Shown: positions 1 to 13,585 of the stretch, piece by piece
How the letters are laid out: each line of letters opens with the position of its first letter
Numbering within the stretch: the stretch's first letter is position 1
Assembly (NCBI GenBank): GCA_964016885.1
Contig: OZ024742.1
Coordinates: forward strand, 152,086,001 to 152,150,000
Length of the DNA stretch: 64,000 nt
Reading direction: 5' to 3'
DNA from: Eledone cirrhosa
Taxonomy: Eukaryota
Notes under the pieces: generated by a model
What the model was told of the DNA's origin: nothing
Seen by the model: the letters and a program-made list of their open reading frames with translations, nothing else
The model's database searches: none
Translations under genes and position numbers: made by a program

Positions 1-404
1 TCACGACCTCTACCGATTAACGATAGAACGGAGGTAACTATTAGCTGTCAACATCGAAGGGCTAATTCCTTCGCCAAAAGAATATTTGACCCAACAAAGT
101 CACCTAGCCCCATTTTTACTTGTAGCTAATAAGTTAAATAGCTATAACTAACTTAGATAATTATAAGTTACCTCCCTTACATTGTCTCTCAATTAAAAAA
201 ATTAAAAAATTAGCACTTAACTATAAACTACCCACAATTTCTAATCTCTCGAGGAGTTACTTCCCCTGAAACCACCCTCTAATTAGTAAGGTAAATATGT
301 CCAATGGAGGCCATCTTGTTACCCATAGGCAGATCTCACACAATGCAGCCTCGACAGAAGAATACTGCTCGACTATGGCAGACAATTGATATACCCAGGA
401 CACG

Positions 405-690
405 AGAGTGAAATACGAATATATGGAACATTACATTTATGTAACATTCTCCCCTTATATTAATTTATATTCCTTTTGAAGTTCCGATGAGCTGCTCTAT
501 CTTTACCTATGTTAATTATTTTCAACTGAACCACATCAATAATGATATATAATCATTTGATCCAGAAATATTATAAACGGACATTATTATTATTATTAAT
601 ATTATTATTATTATTTTCTACATTCCTTACATCAAACTAAAATATATTGACAATCTTTTAATAATGACATCCTTGTGAAATTTATGCTCT
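405..690 (+). mobile_element. Penelope-like terminal (pLTR) fragment, same family as 25625-26247; hammerhead partly deleted
   Basis: Closely matches 25951-26250 (gtgaaa...atatatggaaca...gaagttccgatgag...ccttgtgaaattt). It lacks the tggagtagcgaaacaattgta half of the ribozyme. Confidence 0.65.
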
Positions 691-727
691 TGTTTTGCTT
701 AAATAATCAATACATACATATATATAT

Positions 728-1270
<543 letters not shown>

Positions 1271-1271
<1 letters not shown>

Positions 1272-1484
1272 GTAATAATAATAAATTTGAAGACTAAAAT
1301 CCAAAGAGGGCTGGATAAGGATAAATATATATCAAATATATAAGAACCGTAGAGCAAATATTTATTAAAATAACAGATTTAAGTTTAAGCAAATAATCGC
1401 TGCTTTCACCCTTAACGGGTTTCAGAAGATCCCGTTAAGGGTGAAAGCAGCGACTCTTTGCTTAAACTTTAATCTGTTATTTTA

Positions 1485-1490
<6 letters not shown>
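1271..1490. mobile_element. Fold-back module with degenerate hammerhead and one-sided tail
   Basis: About 60-bp inverted arms (1358-1419/1431-1490) and cagaaga-t-cccgttaaggg-t-GAAA at 1424-1446. The tail 1271-1360 recurs inverted at 22845-22945. (TA)n flanks. Confidence 0.6.
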
Positions 1491-1539
<49 letters not shown>

Positions 1540-1641
1540 GAGAGAGAGAGAGAGAGTGAGAGAGAAATAGAGAGAGTTATAAACTCAAATAGTCTTTTAC
1601 AATTAAATAGCTCAAAGAAAGGAATATTTCTGAGCCGTGTA

Positions 1642-2009
1642 ATACAAATGAATATATGATAGGGATAAACATTGATACAAGTATACATATGTTTGCATTG
1701 CAAATTACCAAGTTAGCAAGATTGAAAAATACTAATTAAAATAATACGGTTTGCCTGACTCGATTTAAATAATAAATCAAATAAAACAAACCTATATTGG
1801 CAATAACCGTGATACCTGGACAAATTTTAAATTTTAAGTTTTAAAATTGTTTCGCAATAATTAAGTGAAAATTCCTATTCCTGTGCTCTTCTGCAGGTAT
1901 CCAGAAATTGATAAGTTTCACTTCAAAATACTTATCTCGCTAACTTGGTCATTTGCAATGCAAACACATGTATACGTGTATCAGTGTTTATCCCTATCAT
2001 ATATTCATT

Positions 2010-2013
<4 letters not shown>
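1642..2013. repeat. Inverted repeat with ~80-bp arms enclosing a decayed hammerhead-like motif
   Basis: 1642-1722 is the reverse complement of 1934-2013. The minus strand reads cagaaga-gca...tgc-GAAA-caatt near 1845-1895. Confidence 0.6.
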
Positions 2014-2049
<36 letters not shown>

Positions 2050-2116
2050 CACATATATATATACATAAATATATATTTATAGCCGGAGCTCAGCCCTCGG
2101 GGTCCTGACTCTTTTC

Positions 2117-2178
<62 letters not shown>

Positions 2179-2185
<7 letters not shown>

Positions 2186-2871
2186 GGAATTTATATCTAG
2201 TAACATTTATATACACACAGATGCATATCAATGCTAGCAAATATATAGGGTTGTCTTATTAACATTGTGGTTCAATGCATGGGGTTGCAGAACAATAATA
2301 TGAGAGACGTAAAATAAGAAAATTATAAAATTAACTTACTTACTAAAAAATCACTTCCAACTAATTAGTTTCTGGAATTGAGTAAATATATTTTCCGAAG
2401 AAACATATAGAAAATCATTTGCTAGCATTGATATGCATCTGTGTGTATATAAATGTTACTAGATATAAATTCCTTATAATTATCTCCAATTCATTTGTCG
2501 AGCAATATTTGGCCATGGCTGCTACTACGGTAGTAGGCTGGCCGCTGTCTTATTAACCACTCGCTTTCCACTGATTGACCTCGATGTCACGTGATTGATT
2601 CTTTTTGAATTTGCCACAGACGTAGAGGCAGTGATTTTCTGAATGGCTAGGAATCCAGTCCACGCTTCGCTATTTCCTTTCCACTGAATTATTTTTTTAA
2701 TAAGTTTCCAGAGTCCTCGCTATGCCTGGAGACTTACACGGAAAAAGACTTTCCTGATGACGGAATGATATTCTATATGTTTCTTCGGAAAATATATTTA
2801 CTCCATTCCAGAAACTAATTAGTTGGAAGTGATTTTTTAGTAAGTTAATTTTATAATTTTCTTATTTTACG

Positions 2872-2880
<9 letters not shown>
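2179..2880 (+). mobile_element. ORF-less hammerhead module (retrozyme-like) with interlocked inverted repeats
   Basis: 2179-2242 is inverted at 2417-2480 and 2300-2419 is inverted at 2764-2880. (TA)n on both sides. Confidence 0.7.
2748..2830 (+). ncRNA. Type I hammerhead ribozyme (predicted)
   Basis: actttc-CTGATGA-cggaatg...cattcca-GAAA-ctaattag-TT-ggaagt: 6-bp helix I, 6-bp helix II, palindromic helix III, GUU site. Confidence 0.75.
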
Positions 2881-2953
<73 letters not shown>

Positions 2954-2979
2954 ATGTGTATATATATATATATATATGT

Positions 2980-4180
2980 ATGGCACGCGAAGTAATAATT
3001 GTACTACCCTGCGTACCCTCGGATATAATAGTACTAACTACGGAGATAGCGGCGGCGGTATGGTTGATACCGTCGGTATTAATAGTAATAGTCTTACCTC
3101 GGGCACTTGAAGCCACCGCAGCAGCAGTGATCGCGGCGGATACTGCAACTGTCGTGACCCGGGAAGCTGTCCGCTCAAGGGAAGCTGCCTAACTGACAAT
3201 GTTATCTATAGGTGCACTGTAACTAGCCATAATAATGTCAAATATTAGATAGGAGCCACCTCTGGCTCGTTCAAAACTAGATTTCCAACGCATCTCCACT
3301 CTTTTAGAAACAGCAAGCTAACGTACTCCACATCACTTGCCAACTACATCACAAAATTGAACGACTCCAACATCAGCTTCTCCACTGACTGGGAAATTTT
3401 CAGCAGGGCAACACCTTACAACTTCAAGAAGAAGTGCCAGCTATGTCTCATGGAACTATACCATATCTTACTAGCAGCCCTGGATCTCATCAACAGCAGA
3501 GCCGAATCTGTAATAAACTACGGACACAGAATACAGCAGTCATTCTATGGTTGGACACCATAAAACCGGGTCCTCCTGCACCAAGCCATAACATGCCGGA
3601 GGATGGGATGTATAACTAAACATCTGTACAATCACTCCGGAAGGTAATATTACTGTAGACCTACCACCACATATCAACTATGCCTCTTAGATGTGGCCTG
3701 ACTAAGCAGTAGTAAATAAGCAACCATGAACTAGAAGTAGAGAATAATTATCATGTGAATTGATGATGAGTCCTTTAGGGACTCATATTCAAACACTGGT
3801 CAGAGTTACTCCCCTTGCTCTGCGATACAAACAGCCATGTATGTTTGAGATGAACATAAACTTCGATGTTGTTATCAATTAAAAATCCCTCTGGGTTCTG
3901 TATTGAACACTTTCTTGCATTATATTCCCTTGAGAAGCCCTTTTCGGGCGAAACGTACGTAGGAGCTTATTGTATAAGCATGTTCTAACAGTCTGTATTC
4001 TCTTTCGTTATATTTTCATTTGTAACTGCTCTGCTTACATGTCGCCCACTAAATATTAACGCTTCCGATATTTAACCCTGTAAGCACAAGTATTGAGCAC
4101 AAATGCACCAGCTTATGGAAGCTGGTGCATTTGTGCTCAATATGTGCTCAATATGTGGCAGTAGGTCTACAGTAATATTA

Positions 4181-4182
<2 letters not shown>
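2980..4182 (+). mobile_element. 5'-truncated Penelope-like element (Naiad-type), GIY-YIG endonuclease remnant plus pLTR
   Basis: 3138-3470 translates GYCNCRDPGSCPLKGSCLTDNVIYRCTV...KY*IGATSGSFKTRFPTHLHSFRN...TSLANYI...W...PY...CQLCLMELYHI. Hammerhead at 3925. (TA)n at both ends. Confidence 0.8.
3925..3965 (+). ncRNA. Minimal hammerhead ribozyme, U3-A8 core variant (predicted)
   Basis: ttccc-TTGAGAA-gccc ttttc gggc-GAAA-cgtacg-TA-ggag. Helix I is imperfect. Confidence 0.6.
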
Positions 4183-4229
<47 letters not shown>

Positions 4230-4233
<4 letters not shown>

Positions 4234-4923
4234 CGTTGCGTTACTACCATGTTGTTTGTTTCTCTTTCCTCTCTCCCGATAACTTAATTTAGTTATCGCT
4301 CGTACTGATTTTAGGTATCTAGTCTTTAATGCGAAGAAAGACCAACGAGAAAGCAGACTACTGATGATGGACATTCCTGTTTCTCGGTCTATTTTCTTTC
4401 ATATGTTCATAATCGCAACAACGCAGCACGCCATTTTTCATTCGCATATATTTTCCCTTCGCTGTGGTTCGTATTTTTTCTGTCACATTACTGCTATCCT
4501 CTTTCTCTCTCCCCTTACCTCTAGCTTTCATCCACCCCCGCTGCTGGTCACACACTCTCAGCTGGCCCCTTCCTCACACTTTCACTCACTCACTCTCTGC
4601 TACTCCTCCTCTCTCACATCCTCCCGTCTGACCTGCCGAAATTCTTTCCTCTCTCACTTTTTTCGTGGCTCGGACGTGTCTGTTTACTTCTCGTCATTTG
4701 ATTTGTCGGACTTAAGCCCACAAGATTCATTGACTTGTCTCTCTTTTCCTCTCTTTACGTTGCATTACTACCATGTTGTTTGTTCACTTTCCTCTGTCCC
4801 GATAACTTAATTTAGTTATCGCTCGCACTGATTTTAGTTATCTAGTCTTTAATGCGAAGAAAGACCAATGAGAAGCAGCAGACTACTGATGAAGGACCTT
4901 TCCAGTTTCTCGGTCTATTTTTA

Positions 4924-4925
<2 letters not shown>
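4230..4925 (+). mobile_element. Non-coding element with ~170-bp direct terminal repeats between (TA)n tracts
   Basis: 4232-4400 is repeated at 4757-4925, each copy with CTGATGA. A diverged relative lies at 24981-25600 (minus). Confidence 0.6.
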
Positions 4926-4968
<43 letters not shown>

Positions 4969-4970
<2 letters not shown>

Positions 4971-6235
4971 AACAAGAAAGACGGTCTCATTTGTATCTCC
5001 CTATTTATTTTGTTGTACGTATTTCAAAGACGTATGGCCGTTGTATAACAGCTGCCTTACGTGTTCTCTTCAGACAAAAATCCAAACGAGATGTAAATAT
5101 CCATTCATATGTTACCGGCCATACGTGTTATTCCCTTCGCCGACCAGTAAGTATATGTCCGAAATTTTCAAGTAGCATTTCTTATATATGTGGGAGATGG
5201 ATATTCCAATTGGCGTTGCTGCTTGTGAACTGGCTAGGATATCAAGATACCAGATTGGTACTTGATTCCTAGTGAGGCATGTATGAAGTGTTAGTCTTTT
5301 TTTTATTTATTTATTTTACTAGATTCTATTCACTTAGACGCTATTCACTTAGATTCTAAATTTAGATATTTATACTTTGATGCTGATGTTATAATGTATC
5401 TATATATTAATGAATGTTGAATTAATTATTTGGTGGTCTATTTAACATTATTTAAGCTTTAACTACGAAATGTCTTATTAAGTTTGTGCAAACAAGACTA
5501 AAAAATTTCAGAGCGGTTATTAATAATTGTATGTCTACTATTTATGATGTGAAGAGTCTCTGTAGTACAGATGTCACACCTCCTAGGTATAGATCCATTT
5601 ATATATATATGGAAAAGCACGTGAAAGAGAGTATTCCCCTTGTTTATTTTTTAGCGACCAAATCAGTTCTGAAGGGCTGTGCTAGATCTTTTATCAGCTA
5701 TTTCGAGTTATCTTTTTATGTTTAATTCCCAGATTTCTATTGTTAATTTTCGCTATATTGTGGGCTATGCCTTTGGTTGTTGTGTAAGAAAGTACGTGTC
5801 GATTAAAGATTTGACTGTATTTATCTGATCATTTATCTAATGCGTTAAAAAAGCCTAGCTATGTTTTTTGTACTCCAAAGGAGTGGGATTGATTGTACCA
5901 CAGAACGGAGCGTGATCTAACACTCTTATTTAACTTTATCGTGGTATTTGAATTATTTATATTTGGAGCCGAGTTTGCCCCATCTCTATTGCTTTGGATT
6001 TGAATACCCCTATTATTTCCATTTCCATTAAATGTGTGTATGTTATAGTTTATGTCTATGGTGTGTTTGTGTCTATGAGTCGGTGTGGTATTGTGTCTAT
6101 CTATATACATGTACTCAATTTTGTCCTGGTAACCTGCTCTAGCTAATGCATTATTATAGTATCTAGCCTTGCCATCAACGATTACCCTATTAGCTGAGAG
6201 TCTAGAGATTCTCTGTTCTACACTTGGCCTCCTTA
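4969..6235 (-). mobile_element. Decayed Naiad-type Penelope-like element 3' half
   Basis: Broken frames give SVEQRISRLSANR...YYNNALARAGYQDKIEY, RSRSVLWYNQ, KYSQIFNRHVLSYTTT, homologous to 49020-49380. Ends in a hammerhead and (TA)n. Confidence 0.65.
5008..5079 (-). ncRNA. Hammerhead ribozyme with mutated U16.1 (probably inactive)
   Basis: ttttgt-CTGAAGA-gaacacgta...tacgtcttt-GAAA-tacgta-CA-acaaaa. Confidence 0.6.
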
Positions 6236-6359
6236 ATGTTTATTATTATAATAAAACTCCGCATGAACAAAAACGTAGAGTGCTTAACTTGTGTTAAGAA
6301 AAAGTCGGCAGATTTTCAATCAACCAACTTTCTTCAATTGAATATATATATATATATAT

Positions 6360-6439
<80 letters not shown>

Positions 6440-7485
6440 ATATGTGCTCATATAAGGAAATGTAGTTTTGCATTTCGACCTTTTATGACGTTTCAAGAAA
6501 ACAAATAACTATAGAAGTGCATTAAACGTGAATACGTGTTCAAGGCATGGACATTAGCACCGTTTACAAAATTAAAGTTACAGAGGCGTTGTGTATATTT
6601 GTGTGTACAACATAGCCAAGTGAATTTGATTAATTTTATACAAATCAATCCAACGAAATTCTAAAATTACAGGTAAACCGTTTGTGGTGAACTGCTAGAA
6701 AGCTGATTGAATCCTTCAACAATAACAGCAACTGTCAATACAAACAGATTTCGATGTACTAGTTGCTCCCTTTTCAAGCAAGTTTTATTCGTTTAGTGAA
6801 GCAGCATAGATTTTCAGGAAATTAAATGTTTCTAACTACTGTCAAATGCGTCACTTCATTAACTGCATAGACAAGAACGACAGTGTTCAAATAAAGATAA
6901 CAAGAAAGGTAGAGAAAAATAAACATAAAATGTATAACAACAACATCAGCAATATAAAAGCAATAGAAAGCATTTTCCTTTCTGCATCGATCTGTTCCCT
7001 ACAATCAGAATATTGTCCAATATCAAACCTTGGAACGCGTAAAGCTCTAAGTCATTTCTCTGTTGTGGAATGAACAAACAGAAGAAAAACATCGAATCTG
7101 TGATATTTTATTTTTATTATATTGAAATGCAATAAACCTTGATATAAAAAAAAATATATAAATAATCGTTGGGTAACAAAAACAACAAGAAAAAAAATGT
7201 TTCGGGACATTATCAAATAAAAAAGATTTCTCTTAATTACAAATGATTTTATAGGTAGAAGAGAATTCAAGAGTAAGTGCAATGAGAAAAAATTACCCAA
7301 GATAATGTTAATGATAGAAATAAAACAGTCCGCTATTGTAGTGAAAATAAAACAGTAGACAGCTTCTAACTCAAGGGATCAGTTTACCCCTCTTCTCCGT
7401 TACATGTTATTATTATTTAGCCCAACATCAGTTGTAATTTAGCAGATTTAATGTATTCCATCTCACAATACATTTAGGAAAGCAT

Positions 7486-7670
7486 TGGTGAATTGGCAGT
7501 ACCGGTAGAGGGTTGGACGCCATGCTTTCTAGCATAGTTATTTCCCTTTACGGTCTGAGTTCAAATCCCGTCGAGGTTAACTTTGCCTTTCATCCTTACA
7601 GGGTCGATAAAATAAAGTACGAGTAATGTACTGGGTAATTGCTGGCCTTGTGCCAAAAGTAGAAACAATG
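7486..7670 (+). mobile_element. tRNA-derived SINE family A
   Basis: ggtgaattggcag...tctgagttcaaatcccgtcgaggttaactttgcctttcatcctt...gtcgataaaataaagtac...gctggccttgtgccaaaagtagaaac. B-box GTTCAAATCC. Multiple copies in the window. Confidence 0.85.
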
Positions 7671-8499
7671 ATTTAATGTTCACCGTCTTTTTAAGACGTC
7701 AGGGCATAATCTGAGGATTATATGGCTGCTACGACTATATTGTCTTGCCGTTCATCTGAAAGTTTGGTTCCTCAGAAAGCCAGTTCCTGCTAGCATTTAT
7801 CAATTTTGATGAGATATGACACTCATATTCATTGAACTATCTATTTGTAGACATTTTTAAATGGAATGGACCTCCGACGGATTCGACGATGAGTATTTCA
7901 GAATCGATAGAGCCGTCTGCTTATGAAATTAACGAGTACTGACTGAGAATTCGAGAGAAATATATAGCCTTAGCAGGGACACATTAAGAGACCCGACTGG
8001 CCCTTTGAATGGTCCCATGGCTTACTCAATGGGCTTCAAAACAATTTTTGTCTACCCAGTTTCACTCTCAAAGTAAGGTACGACCCGAGGTTTTGGTAAA
8101 AAATGACACCTGCCTAAAATGTCACGCAGTGGGATCGAACACGGGACCTAAAGAGTGTGAAGTGAACTTAACCGTTCGGTCATTTTTGTCCTCATATATA
8201 TAGGCATTTCAGCTCTACATGCATTGCCGCTCATTCATAAGAGATATAACTGTTGGTCTTTGGGTTATTTCGCTGAGTGTCCCTAGCTAGACTTTATGAT
8301 AACGATGGTCAACCATCTCACTTGTGACCATCTCATTTGTGACCAAGCATTTTAAAGTTTTCATGTAGTTCAGAGGTTTATAACTTTAATTATATGCAAC
8401 ATATTTTGAAGGTCATAGATAATTGAATGATGGAAATTTCGAAGTTGCAGAGTACAAGTTGAGCGATTAGTTAGAATCTTTTGTCATTGATCTAATAGG

Positions 8500-8720
8500 G
8501 GGCAGCGAGGTGGATTGGTAGAATCGTTACAGCACCGAACAAATGATTTGAGAGGTTTGTTACAGGTATTTACGTTCTGAGATCAAATCCTACTGAAGTT
8601 AACTTTGGCTTTCATCTTTCTGAGGTCGAAAAAGTAAACTCCGAGTTATGGACTAAATATTTTATGATCGACTTTCCGTTTGCTACTAAGTGCTAGCCCT
8701 GTGCGAATGTTAGAAATAAT
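8500..8720 (+). mobile_element. SINE family A, diverged copy
   Basis: Colinear similarity to 7486-7670. Confidence 0.7.
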
Positions 8721-9841
8721 TGTTTATTTAAGGAGAAACTATGCTTTTAAGGACCATTACTTAAGTATGTGTCACGGTCATCTAATTTTCTGTTTAGTCA
8801 GAGAGATAATGGATGGCCAGGACATTATTTGGGGCGTCCGTAGTTGGTGAAAGAGAAAGAAGGTAACTTCAAGCGATCTAGCCTGAACAATTACAACAGA
8901 GTAGACTCTATTGTAGACTCCCGATGGCCATGTGGTCTTAAACAAGATAAAGTATGAAGTATAATACCAATGTAGCCCACACAGATTTATAATTTGAATG
9001 GAAGGAAAAAGATGAAATATTACAAACTGGTGGCGCTCTGACAATGCCACCAATCCTCCATCTTGGACTATAGTTTAAGTTATCGACCCTGGAAGGCTGG
9101 AAGACAAATCTAACCCCGTCGCTGTTTGAACACAGAACACAGAGAGCTGGAATAAATAATAGAAAGCAAATTATCCTATGGGAATTAGAAGTGGCACAAA
9201 CACAGAGTGGTAGAGCATAGAGATGTAAATTTAGAGCGAGAAATCGTTTGGTTACTTAAACATATCGTATATGCTTCCCTATATATCCCTAACATGTGCT
9301 ATGCTCAAATAATTGTAAATTCAAGAATATTTACACATAAAACAGATGTTGTCTTGAATCATCAGCAGGTTTTCTGGGATATATGTGAAGGCGGTACTCA
9401 GCACGGCTTAGTAGTAATATCTTAAGTAAACATAACCGCTACATTACATATTAAGGAAGTGCTCAGCACAGCTTGATAATAATATCTAAAGCAAACATAA
9501 CAGCTAAGTTACATATCAGATATTCCCACTTTAAACATACATGGCCTACAATCTCCAATCTCCAATCTGCAGAGTTCTTGTTTATTTGAAATAGTCGATT
9601 TATCTAACGAGAAAATATTGATATCATAAAACATACACTATACGTAGTTATAACTAAATAGGTTATATGTTATCCTTACTGATATGCTTTGTAAGTATGT
9701 AGCTGTTACTATCAAAAGCTTATAGACTTCTCTTTATATGCATACATACACACAAACATACATACACACATAAATACATATATACATAGATAAATAGATA
9801 CATACAAACATAAATACATATATATATATATATATATTTGC

Positions 9842-9885
<44 letters not shown>

Positions 9886-9923
9886 GCAAACGAATAAACA
9901 AACAATTATATGTATATATATAC

Positions 9924-10004
<81 letters not shown>

Positions 10005-10627
10005 TACATATATATATATATAACATACATATATACATGCATATACGCGAATAAACCATCGCACAGATAGGCGCACACACAAACGTATATGAATACATAT
10101 AAACATACATATAAACATACACATAATTATAACTACATCTATTAAGCCATCTAGGATATTAAATGTGCGTATTTCTGAGAATAATACAAAGTACATTAAA
10201 TCACTTTCAGAGGATGTGGATATTTCAAACAGAAATCAAAATAGGTTGCTTCTGCGTCCTATTACCTCTGTGTCTTCATTTCCACCTTAGAGGCAGATTG
10301 TAGCTATTTTAAATATAATCGATATATCGATTTGTTCCAGGAGAGATGACTATCTATACAGTATTCCCAAGTGTCTATTGTACTGACTGTGACTTTCCTA
10401 ACCAGTTCCATACACAGCGTCCGTCATAGCATAAAGAACACTGTAGTTCCATACACTTTGTCCGTCGTAGTATAAAGAATACTATAGTTCTAGACTATAG
10501 AATATTAAACAGCAATTAACATTCATCCACAAGTATGAAAACAACTCCCACAAACAACATATATACTTACACACATACTTACATACAAACATACATACAT
10601 ACGTACATACATACATAAATACATAAG

Positions 10628-10671
<44 letters not shown>

Positions 10672-10710
10672 CAAACATATACATACATACATGCATACAT
10701 ATATACATAC

Positions 10711-10751
<41 letters not shown>

Positions 10752-10868
10752 AATACAAACATATACATACATACATGCATTCACATATACATACGTATAT
10801 ATATATATATATATATATACATAAATACAAACATATACATACATACATGCATTCACATATACATACGT

Positions 10869-10914
<46 letters not shown>

Positions 10915-10946
10915 ACGTATGTATATGTGAATGCATATACATACGT

Positions 10947-10993
<47 letters not shown>

Positions 10994-11679
10994 GCAGCAA
11001 TAGTAATATATATATACATACGTAGATTATACATATATTTCCAGCATCACCAACATCCGCATCGTCGTTGTCGTCGTCGCAGCCGTCATCAGCAGCATCT
11101 CATGATGATCATTATGATGACGATGATGATGACGATGATAAATCTCCTCCTCATCATCAATACCATCCTTTTCCTGCACATCGTTATCATTAAATTATCA
11201 TCATTGTCTTCATTGTTGTTACCATCGTCCATAGTTGCTTGTGCCGTATGTCGCGCATTATCTAATGCAACAATGTGATGGTAGCACAGGCATCGCTGTC
11301 ACACTTTTATAGATTTTAATTGTTGTTTGAGATCGTTGGATATTCTGGATTGACGTTCACATCCGTCGCTTTCGAGGGGGAGTTTTCTAGTTGTTTGATG
11401 AATATGATAACTTACATCTTACATAGGAAATTAAATTCAGGAGGATCTAACCTGATAGACAGTGTGAGATGACTGGCCCTTTCAATTACACTTTATGATC
11501 GAATTGTAAAGAAATTTTGTTGGCAGTCTTTAGGTCCCAAATTCGATCTCGTTACGGGGCATCCTAGGTACCTGTCACTTACCACAGTTTCGGTTCGGCC
11601 CATGTCTTGCGAGTGGTGGAAATTGTTTCGAAATCCGTCCGTTGGACTGTACCTACAGCAAGTCAATGTGCAAGACTTG

Positions 11680-11865
11680 TCACATGACCACTTTACAGAA
11701 TAAACTGGGTGCTTTTTATCATGACACCTACGTGACTACTTTACAGTGTGGACTGGGTGAATTTTGTCGTCACACCTACACAACCCCCTTACACTTGAGC
11801 TAGATGCTTTTTGTCGTCACACCTATATGACCACTTTATAGTGTGTGCTGGGTACTTGTTGTCGG
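11680..11865. repeat. Degenerate ~47-bp minisatellite, about 4 units
   Basis: Repeating gaccactttacagtgtggactgggtgctttttgtcgtcacacctac-like unit. Confidence 0.7.
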
Positions 11866-12663
11866 GTACACGTGTCTATGGAATGCTATTTTCATGAGAA
11901 AGCAGCTCCGTTGATCGAACAAATCAATCAGCCATCTTCGAAACTAACGATTCTAGAGGGAAAGGGTTAATGGTTATAGGCTTTGCACGTCTATCCAAGT
12001 CACATCTCCTTGGTTATACGAATGATTGAGCTGGTAATATAGTACGGGGCTTCTGAATGACTTTATGTTGGAGAAGGAGTTTTTTTCAATTATTTGGAGT
12101 CGGAATTCTGTGATTAACAGAGCTGATAATGATGATGTAGCGGATCTATCATTTATTTCGCCACGCTTATAATTGAGACAGATTTTATTATGTATTTACA
12201 TGCATACATCAAAAATTAATTTGTCCCTACTTTTAATACCAATTTGTGACCTTTTAATACCAATGCATAAATATTGATATGTAATATATGTATATTGTTT
12301 ATTGATGAGTGTTTGTAAATACCTATACACACACACGAACACATTCACATGCACAGACACACAAACACCTACACATACACACAAACACAAATGCGAACTT
12401 ACACAAGCACTCGCACTGTATTCAAGTGATGCGAACTGCTGTCCACTGCTTTTGTTTTTAATGTATTTTTCGGATTGTTTCAACTACTATTTATAGTATT
12501 TGATTGAAATTGCGCTTAGGGCACTCATATTTTCAAATTTCAAATACAGTGCTTTGTACAATATATATATAACGAAGGTAAAGTGGTAAGGGACAAGATG
12601 GACCATAACGCACCAAAGTACTCAATACTTAGGGTAGTAGAGTGGGTAATAGGAACAAATATG

Positions 12664-12758
12664 ACCCCGACGGCAGAGCTCAAGCCGTTTCGACGGCTAA
12701 TTATGGACTAAATAAGAGTTTTTAGCCTGGTAAATAAATAGCCGAACTTCTCAGGGGT
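12664..12758 (-). ncRNA. Hammerhead ribozyme, core one base short (degenerate)
   Basis: acccc-TGAGAA-gttcggcta...tagccgtc-GAAA-cggc ttgagctct gccg-TC-ggggt. Confidence 0.55.
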
Positions 12759-13585
12759 AATTCCTTATATGGGAAGATAGTAATTGTCAAAAGGATTGGT
12801 CAACATTTTGTTGTAAAGACAAGGAAATAAATACATTTTGTTGTAAAAATAAGGAAATAAATAAATAAAAAACAATTTCTGGTTACTACTCCTTCCCACA
12901 ATCACCAAATCTCTCATTGGTATTGCTAGGCTATAGAAAAATTTAATAGATGGAGAAAAATTACTAAATACGAGATTGTAGTGAAATAATTTTATAAAGC
13001 CGGCTTTACAGGGGGTCTAACACCACGGCTAAAGTTAGTTAGTAATCAGCCAATGCTATCTTACAAAGACAGGTTAATATACTAAAATACTACTACAAAA
13101 AAAGTAATACGAAATATTAATTCATAATACTAATACAGAAATACTAATACAAGAATACTAATACAAAAATACCACTTAGAAATTTAGAAATCACATAAAT
13201 GGAGCAGCAACCAGAAAGAAAACAATTTACTGGGGTCTAACAGATCTGCTATAAAAAGCGTAATCGGCCAATTCTATCTTAAAATTAGGGAGGTGGGGGT
13301 ACTGAGGCTACATGGTACCGATGGGCTGCATCGGGGTAGGCGAAAAGGTGAAAAAAAGACAAGGAAGGAGATCTGGGGTGGAAGGACTGGGAAGAGATGG
13401 CGGAAGAAGGAAATATAGAGGAAAAGAAAAAGAAGTTACGTCTACCTTTGTAAGCACGGGTTACCCCTTACACAATCGGCAAGTTGGATGTTTCAGTCCT
13501 TATCTACCGTCATTATGGGGTTTGTGGGCGAGGTAAGTCCTACGCAATCTGTGTTTACATGCAGTTACCAGTTCGTCTTTCTTGT

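Noticed and set aside
30-330. Repeated agttacYtccc motif (also at 3804)
   Set aside because: Probably part of a repeat truncated by the window edge. No boundaries or family can be supported.
11680-11865. CRISPR-like array
   Set aside because: Whole units are degenerate tandem copies without unique spacers, in a eukaryotic context with no cas genes.
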